Positions 15,935-24,386 of a stretch of DNA of 64,000 nucleotides are shown here, piece after piece (position 1 is the stretch's first letter; each line of letters starts with the position of its first letter). The stretch is from Thermoleophilia bacterium (GTDB lineage Bacteria > Actinomycetota > Thermoleophilia > UBA2241): contig JAXGYV010000002.1 of assembly GCA_040772045.1 (NCBI GenBank), positions 73,988 to 137,987 of the forward strand, written 5' to 3'. The notes beneath the pieces were generated by a model. That model did not search any database and was not told the DNA's origin. It saw only the letters and a program-made list of their open reading frames with translations. The position numbers were made by a program, and so were the translations under genes.

Positions 15935-17466
15935 GCGTCGGCCCCACCACAGCGAGCAAGCGTCCGCTGTTGTGTCTCGTGTTCCTGGCCGGAATCGGCT
16001 CCATGACGGTGGAGATGTGCGCCTCTCGCCTGCTGGCTCCGTACTTCGGTTCGTCGACCATCGTGTGGGCCAACATCATCGGACTCGTGCTGGCGTCGCT
16101 CTCGCTTGGCTACTGGCTCGGAGGACGAATCGCCGACCGCCGCCCGAGCCATCGTCTGCTCGGATGGCTCGTGCTCAGCTCGGCACTGGCGGTCGCAGCC
16201 ATCCCCTTCGCGGCACGCCCGTTCCTGGATCTCTCGGTCCAAGCCTTGGACCAGGTCCATTCGGGAGCCATCATCGGTTCGCTAGCCGCCTCGGCGCTGC
16301 TCTTCGTCCCGCCGGTCCTGCTGCTCGGCACCGTCACACCGTTCGCGATCCGCCTGGCGGTGGAGAACGTCGCGGACGCCGGCAGCGTAGCCGGCCGCGT
16401 CTTCGCCCTCTCGACGGCGGGGAGCCTGCTTGGAACCTTTCTCCCCGCCCTCGTCACTATCCCGCTCGTGGGTACCCGGCGCACCCTCCTCGGAGCGGCA
16501 GTGCTGCTCGGCCTGGCCGCCTCCCTCCTCCTCGGTCGGCGCTGGACAGCTATTGGCGTCTTGCTGGCCACCATCCTGGCCTTACCGGCAGGGACCGTGA
16601 AAGCACGCGCAGGCCTGCTAGCCGAGCGTGAGTCGCGGTACCAGTTCATTCAGATCGTTCAGTCCGGAGAAACCCGCTCCCTCTACCTCAACGAGGGCCG
16701 GGCTATCCACTCCCAGTGGCGTGCGGACGCAGTGCTCACGGGAGGCGAGTGGGACATGTTCCTCACCCTGCCGGCCCTCATCGGGTACACGCCGACGCGA
16801 GTCACCATGCTCGGCAACGCCGGCGGGACCACGGCGCGCGCCTACGGGACCTACTTCCCCGCCACTCGCATCGATGGCGTGGAGCTCGACGGCGAGGTCA
16901 GCGCGATGGCCCGTGGGTATCTCGGGTTGGCCGACAACCCGCGGCTCCGTGTGATCACCGCCGATGCGCGGCCCTTTCTGCGCTCCGCGAAGACTCGCTA
17001 CGACCTCGTGATGATCGATGCCTACCGGCAGCCTTACGTACCGTTCTACCTCACCACGCGGGAGTTCTTCCGCGAGGTCCGCGACCGTCTCACGGAGGAT
17101 GGGGCAGTGGCGCTCAACGTGACCACCCTGCCGGGCGACACGCGCCTTGCCGATGCGGTGGCCAGTACTCTAGCTCGGGAGTTCCCTCTCGTGGTGACCT
17201 GGCAGGCGCTGCGCTTCAACCAACTCGTGGTGGGCTTGCGGAACCCCGCAGAGCTGACGACGCTCCGTCGCCGGCTGCGGAGCGCCTCCGGCGACCTCGC
17301 GCCACTGACCAAACTGTTCGCCGCCAACCTCCGCCGGGTGTACGCGGGACATACAGCGTGGACCGACGATCACGCTCCCGTCGAGTGGATCACCGACCGC
17401 ATGATCGTCGGGTATGCGGTGCGCGGCGCCGACGCACACGAGTCGCTGCTCCCAACAGCCCCCTAG
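15919..17466 (+). CDS. Fused polytopic-membrane / spermidine-synthase-like (aminopropyltransferase fold) protein
   Basis: The N-terminal 200 aa or so hold 7-8 TM helices. The C-terminal methyltransferase-like domain carries GNAGGTTARAY, GVELDGEV, DLVMIDAY and PFYLTTREFF. Confidence 0.75.
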   Translation: MTPHPRVGPTTASKRPLLCLVFLAGIGSMTVEMCASRLLAPYFGSSTIVWANIIGLVLASLSLGYWLGGRIADRRPSHRLLGWLVLSSALAVAAIPFAARPFLDLSVQALDQVHSGAIIGSLAASALLFVPPVLLLGTVTPFAIRLAVENVADAGSVAGRVFALSTAGSLLGTFLPALVTIPLVGTRRTLLGAAVLLGLAASLLLGRRWTAIGVLLATILALPAGTVKARAGLLAERESRYQFIQIVQSGETRSLYLNEGRAIHSQWRADAVLTGGEWDMFLTLPALIGYTPTRVTMLGNAGGTTARAYGTYFPATRIDGVELDGEVSAMARGYLGLADNPRLRVITADARPFLRSAKTRYDLVMIDAYRQPYVPFYLTTREFFREVRDRLTEDGAVALNVTTLPGDTRLADAVASTLAREFPLVVTWQALRFNQLVVGLRNPAELTTLRRRLRSASGDLAPLTKLFAANLRRVYAGHTAWTDDHAPVEWITDRMIVGYAVRGADAHESLLPTAP

Positions 17467-17473
17467 GCAGCGG

Positions 17474-20400
17474 TCACCTCTGCCCGCCCGGCGCGGGCGA
17501 CGCACCAACCCGCGGCGCGCGTGCGCGCAGCCGCCACGCGAAGCCGGCCAAGCGCGCCTGATCTACCGGGTCGCCGTCGTTGTACACGAACAGCAATGGG
17601 AAGTCGGCCCGCCGCCGCAGCTGCGCCTCGGAGATCAGCGCCGGCCCGCACCCGCGCGGAGCCACCACCACCACACCATCTACCAGATCGCGTGCCGTCG
17701 TCAGCAAGGCGCCGCCGACGGTGGGGATGGTCTCGCCGAAGGGGAAGCCGTCGAATATCCGCCGGCTCTCGGCCTCGACCTCGCGGATGTCGTTCCAGAA
17801 CACCCAGGGCTGGGCGGCCTGCACCGCCGCGATCAGGCGCGCCGCGATACGCCGCATGGCGGCCAGCGTCAGGCGACGCTTGGCGCCCAAGCTGCTGAGC
17901 GCCGATCGCTCCTGCACCTCGCGCAGGGCTAACAGCTCGAAGAAACCCGAGTACGGCTCGATCACCGGCCGCAAACCGAGCTCGGCCAAGCGATGCTGCA
18001 GACCGTCGTTCCCCCATTCGTCGACGCGCAAGTAAATGTCGCCGCAGAGGAAGACGTCGCGGACGGCCGCGGCGTCCGGCCGCCGCGGCAGCGCGGCGAA
18101 GTCGGCCGCGGCGGCGGTCACCACCCGCTCCACACGACGCAGCGTGCGCGCCACGGCGGCCGCCGCGCCGCCGGGCCGCCCGTCGCGCTGTTCCAGCGTG
18201 TGCTCCAGCTCGTCGCTCCAATGCGCGAACAGCTCGTCGCAGGAACCCGCCCGCGCCTCGGTGGCGCGGTTGTAGAAGCGCACCATGAGGAGCAGATCGT
18301 TGGCCACCAGCCCCGCCCATACCACCGGGGTGAGCACGAGGCTGTCGGTCAGCAGACTCAGATCGGCCACCGCGAGGCGGTCGCCGAGACCCCTGCGCTC
18401 GAGCGCGATCTGCTGCGTGAGCGGAAACATGTTGGCCCGGCAGGAACGGAACCCGTTGCCGACGCTCATGAGCACCGCGCGCTCGCCCGGCGCCAGCCCG
18501 CCCGACTCCAGGAACCGCACGAGCGAGCCCCACAGAAGCTGGTACGGCAGGCACTCCTTGCCCGAACACTCCGCCTGTCCACAGCGCAGCGCCTCTTCGT
18601 CGCTGGGCCCCACGAAGACCGTCTCGATGCCCCCTCCCCGCATGGCGGCAGCCACCTGGCGGCCCACGCTGCCGCCGACATTGCCGAAGTACACCCGGCC
18701 ACTGCCGGTAGACGCGAAGCTGTGCGGAATCGGCCGGTCGTACCGCTCGAGCCGCCTCTCAGGGACCACGGCGTCGGCTCCTCCCCGCGCCTTGAGGTCT
18801 GTCCGGTACCCGTGTACCGCGTGTAAGAAGGCCTGCACACGCGTCACGTAGCCCGCCGTACCCCCATGCCCATCGGTCTCCAGCACCGCGTGCGGATACC
18901 CCTCCAGCAGATCGTTGAACAGATGCTCGATGAAGGAGTTTGGACCACAGCCATAGGCTCCCATGAGCAGCGGAAAGCTCATTCCCAGACGGCGTGCCGC
19001 CGCGGCGACGGCGCGCAGAACGCGGCCGGCAGTGGCCCAGTGGACGCGCGCCAGCGGCGGCAGGTCGTCGGGCACCGGCACGCAGTCCAGCGGCACCGGC
19101 AGGGCACCGTTGGCGGCGATCAGGTCGTGGATGCCCGGGTTCAAGAGCGCATCGTGGATGACGTGTGTCTCACCGGCCACGACGATCGCCGGCACGTCGA
19201 ACTCCTCGGCGGCTGCGAACGCGCGCTCGCCGATGGCCGCCAGACCCGCCTCGAACGCGCGCTGCGCCTCCACCGCGCGCTCGAAGGCCGCCGCGAACGG
19301 TCGTGGTTTGAAGCCGCCGCGGACGCCGCGCAGCGCGGCGACTCCTTCCGCCAGCTCGGTGGCAAGCGCCCGCGACGACCACGGCGCGCCGCCGGCCATG
19401 AACAGCACCGGCCGCAGCACGCATACGGGGTCGCCCTCTGTCCGCAGGGCAGACTCGATCATCTCGGGCGACCCCTGCGCCATCGGGCAGGTACTGGCTC
19501 CGCACCCCGCACCGGGATACGGGACGTTGACGAACTTCGGGAGAAAGAGGAAGTCGAGGCCCTCCGTGCTCACCCCGTGAGCCACTTTAACCGCGGCGCA
19601 GGCCCCTGGAGCGGCGCAGCGCCGGTCGCCCACCGCCAGCGCCTCGCGCCCCGGCCGCACCAGGCGGACGCGGGCTCCCAAACCGCGGAAGAGGGCCGAG
19701 AAGAACGGCGCCGCATCGATCAGATAGTGGATGAAGGGGATACCCACGACCGGACCCTCGCCGTCCTCGTCGTCGGCGAACAGCCCCGCGAGCAGCTCGT
19801 CCCGCTCGCGGAACGGAGCCGGCGCGCCCTTGGGCAGCTTGCGCACGCCGCCGGTCGCGTCGTATTTGGGACACGTACCGCCACTGAGGACTACCCGTTC
19901 TTCCCCAGCTACCAGCACCGTGGCCGACTCAATGCGGCAGAGATTGCCGCACTCCCTGTCCCGGCAGCGAAACTCGCGGCGACGCGTCACGGTCGCCTCG
20001 AGGAACCGGCCCAGATCGACCGGCGGCGTGGCTGCGTCCAGGACGGCCTGGCGCGCAACCAAAATGCCGATGCCGATGGCGCCCATGGCCCCGGGGTCCG
20101 GTGGCACCAGCACCGTGCGTCCCGTGCAGGCGGCCAGCGTCCGCGCGAGCGAGACGTTGCTGGCCGGCTTCCCCTGGAAGACCACGCGCTCCAAGAACCG
20201 GCGCTGGCCCATCACCCGGCTGCGGTAGTTCCGGACGACCGAGTACTGCAGGCCGGCGAACACATCGTCGCGTGAGTACCCCTGCGTCATCGCCTCGGCG
20301 GCCACGTCGGCCACGAAGACGGTGCAAGTCTGACCGAGGTCCGGCGGCCGCCGCGAACGAGCGGCCAGAGCACCGAACTCCGCGATGTCGGCCACCCCCA

Positions 20401-21814
20401 GAGCCTCGGCCTGCTCCTCCAGGAAGGAGCCCGTGCCCGCGCTGCACACACGATTCATGTCCGCGTCTACTACGCGTCCGTGGCGAACGTTGATGAACTT
20501 AGCGTCCTGCCCCCCAATCTCCACGATCGAGAGGCTGCGACCTTCCTCGGGATCGTAGCGGGCGGCGGCGGCGGCGTGCGCCACGATCTCATTCTGCACA
20601 CACAGACGATCGTCAAGCTCGGGATAGGCGGCGCGCACTACGGTGGCCGCCGCCGCGCGCCCAGACCCCGTGAGCCCGATCGCGACCACCGGGAGAGCAT
20701 GAGAGCTGGTCAGCTCGCGCACCAGCGCGCTCGCGGCTTCCACCGGGTTCCCGTCGGTGCGCCGGTAGACTCCGGCGAGCACGCGCAGGCTGCCGGCATC
20801 GAGCAGCGCCGCCTTGGATCCGGTAGAGCCGAGATCCAGGCCAAGGACGGCCACGCCAAGGTCGTCTTCTTGCGTGGCCGGCTCCCGCAGCACGACCACC
20901 CCGCCCGGGCCATCTCCCGCCGGCTGGAGCGCCGGCACCCGGCTCCGCGGCGGCTGCGCGAGCGTCGCCGGCTCGGACGGCCAGTGGACCGCCGTCCAAT
21001 CGCCAGCCGTGACGGCGTACACCGCCGCACCGATAGCCTCGAATACGCCCGCCTCGGCCGGCACCGTCACGTCGCCTCCTGCCAGGCGCGCGAACTCCTC
21101 CACGATCGGCTCTATCAGAGCGCCATGGCCTATCGCCATCGCGGGCCCCTCGACCTTGAGCTTGTCGTAGAGGCCGTGCACGTTGGCCGCGACGCTCTCG
21201 AACTGGCCCCGGAACAGCCGGCCGTGGGGCTCGCCCTGGTTGGCGAAGTGGGTCAGCTCGCTCTTGGCGAACACCGCGCAGCGCGCCGTCACCTTGGTGC
21301 TGGCGTCGGCCTCCCGCGCCAGCGCAACGGCCTCGGCGAGCGATCGTCCGAGCCGAGCGCACAGACGTTCCACGCTCTCTCCAGCCCCGGCTGAGCAGCG
21401 ATCGTTCCGCTCGAACGCCACGCTACCGGAGCCGTCGAGCGCCAGCACGCTGAACCCGCTGCCCCCCAGCCGCACCACGTTGAGCGGCCCGTGCTCTGGC
21501 CAGAGCAGCGCGGCGGCCTGCTCCTGGGCCACCTCCTCCGGCAGCCCAGCGATGACCGGATCACCGAGCTGCTCGGCGTGCACTCCTGTAGCCACCACTC
21601 CGCGGATAGCCTCCGCCCCCAACTCACGGTACAAGCGCAGGAACGGTGCCAGCGGGTCTCCCAGGTGCCGCTCGGCGCGCGTGGCCAGGAGCCGCGCTTC
21701 GTCATCGCGGACGGCGACAACCGCCAGCGACGTGGTCACACGCCCCAAGTCGACGCCGATCAGCAAGGAGTGCGGCGCGGCCGTGGCCGCGCCGTGAATG
21801 CCAAATTGTCCCAT
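17474..21814 (-). CDS. Giant BCR/HAD-family protein: two BcrAD/BadFG (HgdC-like) activase ATPase domains fused to 2-hydroxyacyl-CoA-dehydratase-like / DUF2229-type modules
   Basis: There are two acetate/sugar-kinase-fold units: IGVDLG...RCSAGAGES and LGLDLGSTGSKAAL...NRVCSAGTGSFLEEQA. Cys-rich HAD-like segments follow (CRDRECGNLC, GGTCPKYD, GAYGCGPNSF, AECSGKECLPYQ, FRSCRANMFP). I set the start at ATG 21814 (MGQFGIHG). The longer ORF would overlap the divergent STAS gene. Confidence 0.8.
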   Translation of the reverse strand: MGQFGIHGAATAAPHSLLIGVDLGRVTTSLAVVAVRDDEARLLATRAERHLGDPLAPFLRLYRELGAEAIRGVVATGVHAEQLGDPVIAGLPEEVAQEQAAALLWPEHGPLNVVRLGGSGFSVLALDGSGSVAFERNDRCSAGAGESVERLCARLGRSLAEAVALAREADASTKVTARCAVFAKSELTHFANQGEPHGRLFRGQFESVAANVHGLYDKLKVEGPAMAIGHGALIEPIVEEFARLAGGDVTVPAEAGVFEAIGAAVYAVTAGDWTAVHWPSEPATLAQPPRSRVPALQPAGDGPGGVVVLREPATQEDDLGVAVLGLDLGSTGSKAALLDAGSLRVLAGVYRRTDGNPVEAASALVRELTSSHALPVVAIGLTGSGRAAAATVVRAAYPELDDRLCVQNEIVAHAAAAARYDPEEGRSLSIVEIGGQDAKFINVRHGRVVDADMNRVCSAGTGSFLEEQAEALGVADIAEFGALAARSRRPPDLGQTCTVFVADVAAEAMTQGYSRDDVFAGLQYSVVRNYRSRVMGQRRFLERVVFQGKPASNVSLARTLAACTGRTVLVPPDPGAMGAIGIGILVARQAVLDAATPPVDLGRFLEATVTRRREFRCRDRECGNLCRIESATVLVAGEERVVLSGGTCPKYDATGGVRKLPKGAPAPFRERDELLAGLFADDEDGEGPVVGIPFIHYLIDAAPFFSALFRGLGARVRLVRPGREALAVGDRRCAAPGACAAVKVAHGVSTEGLDFLFLPKFVNVPYPGAGCGASTCPMAQGSPEMIESALRTEGDPVCVLRPVLFMAGGAPWSSRALATELAEGVAALRGVRGGFKPRPFAAAFERAVEAQRAFEAGLAAIGERAFAAAEEFDVPAIVVAGETHVIHDALLNPGIHDLIAANGALPVPLDCVPVPDDLPPLARVHWATAGRVLRAVAAAARRLGMSFPLLMGAYGCGPNSFIEHLFNDLLEGYPHAVLETDGHGGTAGYVTRVQAFLHAVHGYRTDLKARGGADAVVPERRLERYDRPIPHSFASTGSGRVYFGNVGGSVGRQVAAAMRGGGIETVFVGPSDEEALRCGQAECSGKECLPYQLLWGSLVRFLESGGLAPGERAVLMSVGNGFRSCRANMFPLTQQIALERRGLGDRLAVADLSLLTDSLVLTPVVWAGLVANDLLLMVRFYNRATEARAGSCDELFAHWSDELEHTLEQRDGRPGGAAAAVARTLRRVERVVTAAAADFAALPRRPDAAAVRDVFLCGDIYLRVDEWGNDGLQHRLAELGLRPVIEPYSGFFELLALREVQERSALSSLGAKRRLTLAAMRRIAARLIAAVQAAQPWVFWNDIREVEAESRRIFDGFPFGETIPTVGGALLTTARDLVDGVVVVAPRGCGPALISEAQLRRRADFPLLFVYNDGDPVDQARLAGFAWRLRARAPRVGASPAPGGQR

Positions 21815-21876
21815 CAAGATTGAAGCTACCAGAAGGCCGCGGCGCTCGCGACCACCCTCCCGGAGGTGCGAAGCGT

Positions 21877-21906
21877 TTGAATCCTGGCAGAGGCGGGAGA
21901 TATAGG
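21877..21906 (+). promoter_or_regulatory. Promoter candidate for the STAS gene (TTGAAT - 18 nt - TATAGG)
   Basis: Hexamers at 21877-21882 and 21901-21906. AGGAAGGAAG precedes the ATG at 21972. Confidence 0.35.
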
Positions 21907-21971
21907 CAGGTGCCCACAGGGGGAGTGCTCGTCGACCATGGCCAGGCGAGCCAGGCAGGAAGGAAGAACCA

Positions 21972-22355
21972 ATGGAGGAAAGGCCCCAGGAGGAAAGGCC
22001 GCAATTCCGCGTGGAGCTCGCCAAACCCACGCCAGACGTCGCCATCGTCGCCCTGGAGGGCGAGGTAGACATCTATTCCGCGCCGCAGTTCAAGGAGGCT
22101 CTCCTGGGCGGCATAGACGGCGGCGCCACCAACATCGTCGTCGACTTGGCACGCGTCACCTTCATCGACTCCACAGCCCTCGGCGTCTTGGTGAGTGGAG
22201 CCAAACGCGTTCGACCCAAGAACGGCAGGCTGGACATCGTCTGTACTGACGAGAACATCACCCGGATCTTCGAGATCACCGGGTTGGACCGCATCTTCGG
22301 CATTCATGCGTCACGAGAACAAGCCCTGAAGGCGTCGATAGGGGAGGGACCATGA
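21972..22355 (+). CDS. STAS-domain anti-sigma-factor antagonist (SpoIIAA/RsbV-like)
   Basis: 127 aa. The sequence VALEGEVDIYSAP.F...L......IVVDLARVTFIDSTALGVLV contains the conserved phosphorylatable-Ser position (DS). Confidence 0.85.
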   Translation: MEERPQEERPQFRVELAKPTPDVAIVALEGEVDIYSAPQFKEALLGGIDGGATNIVVDLARVTFIDSTALGVLVSGAKRVRPKNGRLDIVCTDENITRIFEITGLDRIFGIHASREQALKASIGEGP

Positions 22356-22738
22356 CGGAGCTGCACGCGGCCTCTGGCCTGCGCGGCCGCAAGGTGCTCG
22401 GGGTCGTCGGTCGAGCTGGCCGCATACGGACCTACACGCCCGGGCGTGTCTGCATCTACGACGGCTGCACCACGAAACTCTCCGTGTACAACCCGTCTCC
22501 TACCTGCGCTGTTCACACCGCCCTCTGGCGAGCGGCGCTGCGCAAGACGCAAGACGAAAGCTCGCGTCGCGAGCCAGAGACCCGCATCTGCGCCCACGAG
22601 CCGTGTGGCCGCGAGTTCGTTACGGCGAATCCCGCGCGCAAGTACTGCTCCGACGCCTGCCGCATGCGAGCTTTCCAGGCGCGCACCTCGCGCGCGCGCC
22701 GGGCGCAGGAGCGCCTGGAACGCGCGGAGGCCAGCTGA
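22352..22738 (+). CDS. Cys-rich hypothetical protein with two zinc-ribbon-like modules
   Basis: ATGA overlap with the STAS gene. The first module is C-x4-C-x12-C-x2-H (CIYDGC...CAVH). The second is C-x4-C-x15-C-x3-C (CAHEPC...KYCSDACRMRAFQAR). The C-terminus is basic. Confidence 0.55.
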   Translation: MTELHAASGLRGRKVLGVVGRAGRIRTYTPGRVCIYDGCTTKLSVYNPSPTCAVHTALWRAALRKTQDESSRREPETRICAHEPCGREFVTANPARKYCSDACRMRAFQARTSRARRAQERLERAEAS

Positions 22739-22797
22739 TCCTCAGCGAAGGCGACGAGGGCCGAGCAACCCCACGGTCACGTCACCGTCCGTGTCGC

Positions 22798-23229
22798 TCA
22801 GGACGACGAGGCAAACGGCGGCGGGATCATCGGAACCCGCCCCGCCGCGGCGAGGGCGACAGCCTCCTCAAGCGATTCGTATACCGGTAGTACGTTCGCC
22901 AGGCCGACCACTCGGATCGCTCGCCGCACGTGTCCGACCGGGCGGGTGAGCAGCAGCTCGAAGCCAGCCCTATGGACGGCTTCGCTGAGCCGAATGACGT
23001 ACGTCACAAAACTCGAGTCGACCAGCGTAACACCGGCGAGATCCAGCACGAGATTCCGACGGTGGAAGAACGGCCCCAGTCGGCGGCGGAGAAAGCGGTC
23101 GATGAGCGGCACCGTATCCATGTCCAGTTCTCCCGAGAGGAGCAGAGCGTCCGCGCCAGCATGCTTCTCGAGACGCAACGAGATCGGCGCGGCACTCGCC
23201 GCTGCGCGCCGCAGCAGTTCGTTCGGCAT
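22798..23229 (-). CDS. Second STAS-domain protein (anti-sigma-factor antagonist-like)
   Basis: 143 aa. LLLSGELDMDTVP.....L.......LVLDLAGVTLVDSSFV retains the DS(S) motif. It is convergent with the zinc-ribbon gene. Confidence 0.8.
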   Translation of the reverse strand: MPNELLRRAAASAAPISLRLEKHAGADALLLSGELDMDTVPLIDRFLRRRLGPFFHRRNLVLDLAGVTLVDSSFVTYVIRLSEAVHRAGFELLLTRPVGHVRRAIRVVGLANVLPVYESLEEAVALAAAGRVPMIPPPFASSS

Positions 23230-23285
23230 TGTCCCCTCTCGAATAGAACGTTTGTAGGACTTCGGAACCGTGCACTCGGCACTTC

Positions 23286-23314
23286 ACGTTAGGACAGCAC
23301 AGCGGAGATGTAAA
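23286..23314 (-). promoter_or_regulatory. Promoter candidate for the minus-strand STAS gene (TTTACA - 17 nt - TAACGT)
   Basis: Read on the minus strand within the lower-GC 188-nt spacer between secF and the STAS gene. Confidence 0.3.
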
Positions 23315-23417
23315 GGCTGGGGGAGCCCCCGTTTGCCCTGCTACGGAGGGGAGAACCAGCGGCCAATCTCGACCACCCTCATCCATTACTTGAGAACTCT
23401 ACGAAAAGCTTGAGGGT

Positions 23418-24386
23418 CTAGGAGCCTTTGACGGCATCAGCGCGAGCGGCGAGCTTACGGTATTGGGGCTCGCGTTCCTTGAGCACCGTAGCTACGGGAC
23501 TGGCGACGCAGATGGTGGAGTACGCGCCAGAGACGATGCCCACAGTCAGTGCGAAGGCGAAGTCTTTGAGCGTATCTCCGCCGAAGATCAGGAGGCAGAG
23601 GACCGGCACAAGCGTGATGAGACTCGTATTGATGGAGCGCACGATGGTCTCGGCGACAGAGCGGTTCACCATGTTGCCGTAGCGCACAGAGCGCATGCGG
23701 GGGGTGTTCTCGCGGATGCGATCGAACACGATGACGTTGTCGTAGAGAGAGTAGCCGAGGATAGTGAGAATGGCGGCTACACTCCCCGTGGTGAGCTCGC
23801 GCCCCACCAGCGAGTACACGCCGATCACGACCAGGAGATCGTGACCGAGCGCGGCGAGCGCGCCGATGGCGTACTTCCACTCGAAGCGGATCGTGACGTA
23901 GATGAGGATGAGCACCAGCGCCAGAGCGACGGCCTTGTACGATGCGGTGATAACGTCTCGCCCAAAGGTGGCGCCGACACTCTCCGATGCGTAGGCGCTG
24001 CCGCCGTCGGCGATGATGAACTCTTCGTGGAGCGCGGCCTTCAGCGCGGCCTCTTGCCGCGGCGTGAGCGTATCCGTCTGGATCTGATAGGAGAACCGCT
24101 CGCCCGCCGCATCGCGGCTCTCTTGGATCACCGGGTTGCGGATGCCCTGTTCCTCGACGACCGTCCGTACGTCCGCCATGGTCACCGGCTGCGAGAACTC
24201 AACGCTCACACTCGTGCCCGTTCGAAACTCCAGCCCATACTGGATGCCGTCGATCGGGTTACCGCCACCGCGTATGAACATGCTGAGTAAACCGGCGCCG
24301 ATGACCAACGCGCTGATGGCGAAGTACCACTTCTTATGGCCCATATAGTCGAACGTGAACAACCAGCGGAATCGCTGCATGAGCAT
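23418..24386 (-). CDS. secF: Protein translocase subunit SecF
   Basis: 322 aa with a single N-terminal TM helix, a periplasmic loop and an RND-like 5-TM bundle. It follows secD directly, with no gap. Confidence 0.93.
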   Translation of the reverse strand: MLMQRFRWLFTFDYMGHKKWYFAISALVIGAGLLSMFIRGGGNPIDGIQYGLEFRTGTSVSVEFSQPVTMADVRTVVEEQGIRNPVIQESRDAAGERFSYQIQTDTLTPRQEAALKAALHEEFIIADGGSAYASESVGATFGRDVITASYKAVALALVLILIYVTIRFEWKYAIGALAALGHDLLVVIGVYSLVGRELTTGSVAAILTILGYSLYDNVIVFDRIRENTPRMRSVRYGNMVNRSVAETIVRSINTSLITLVPVLCLLIFGGDTLKDFAFALTVGIVSGAYSTICVASPVATVLKEREPQYRKLAARADAVKGS

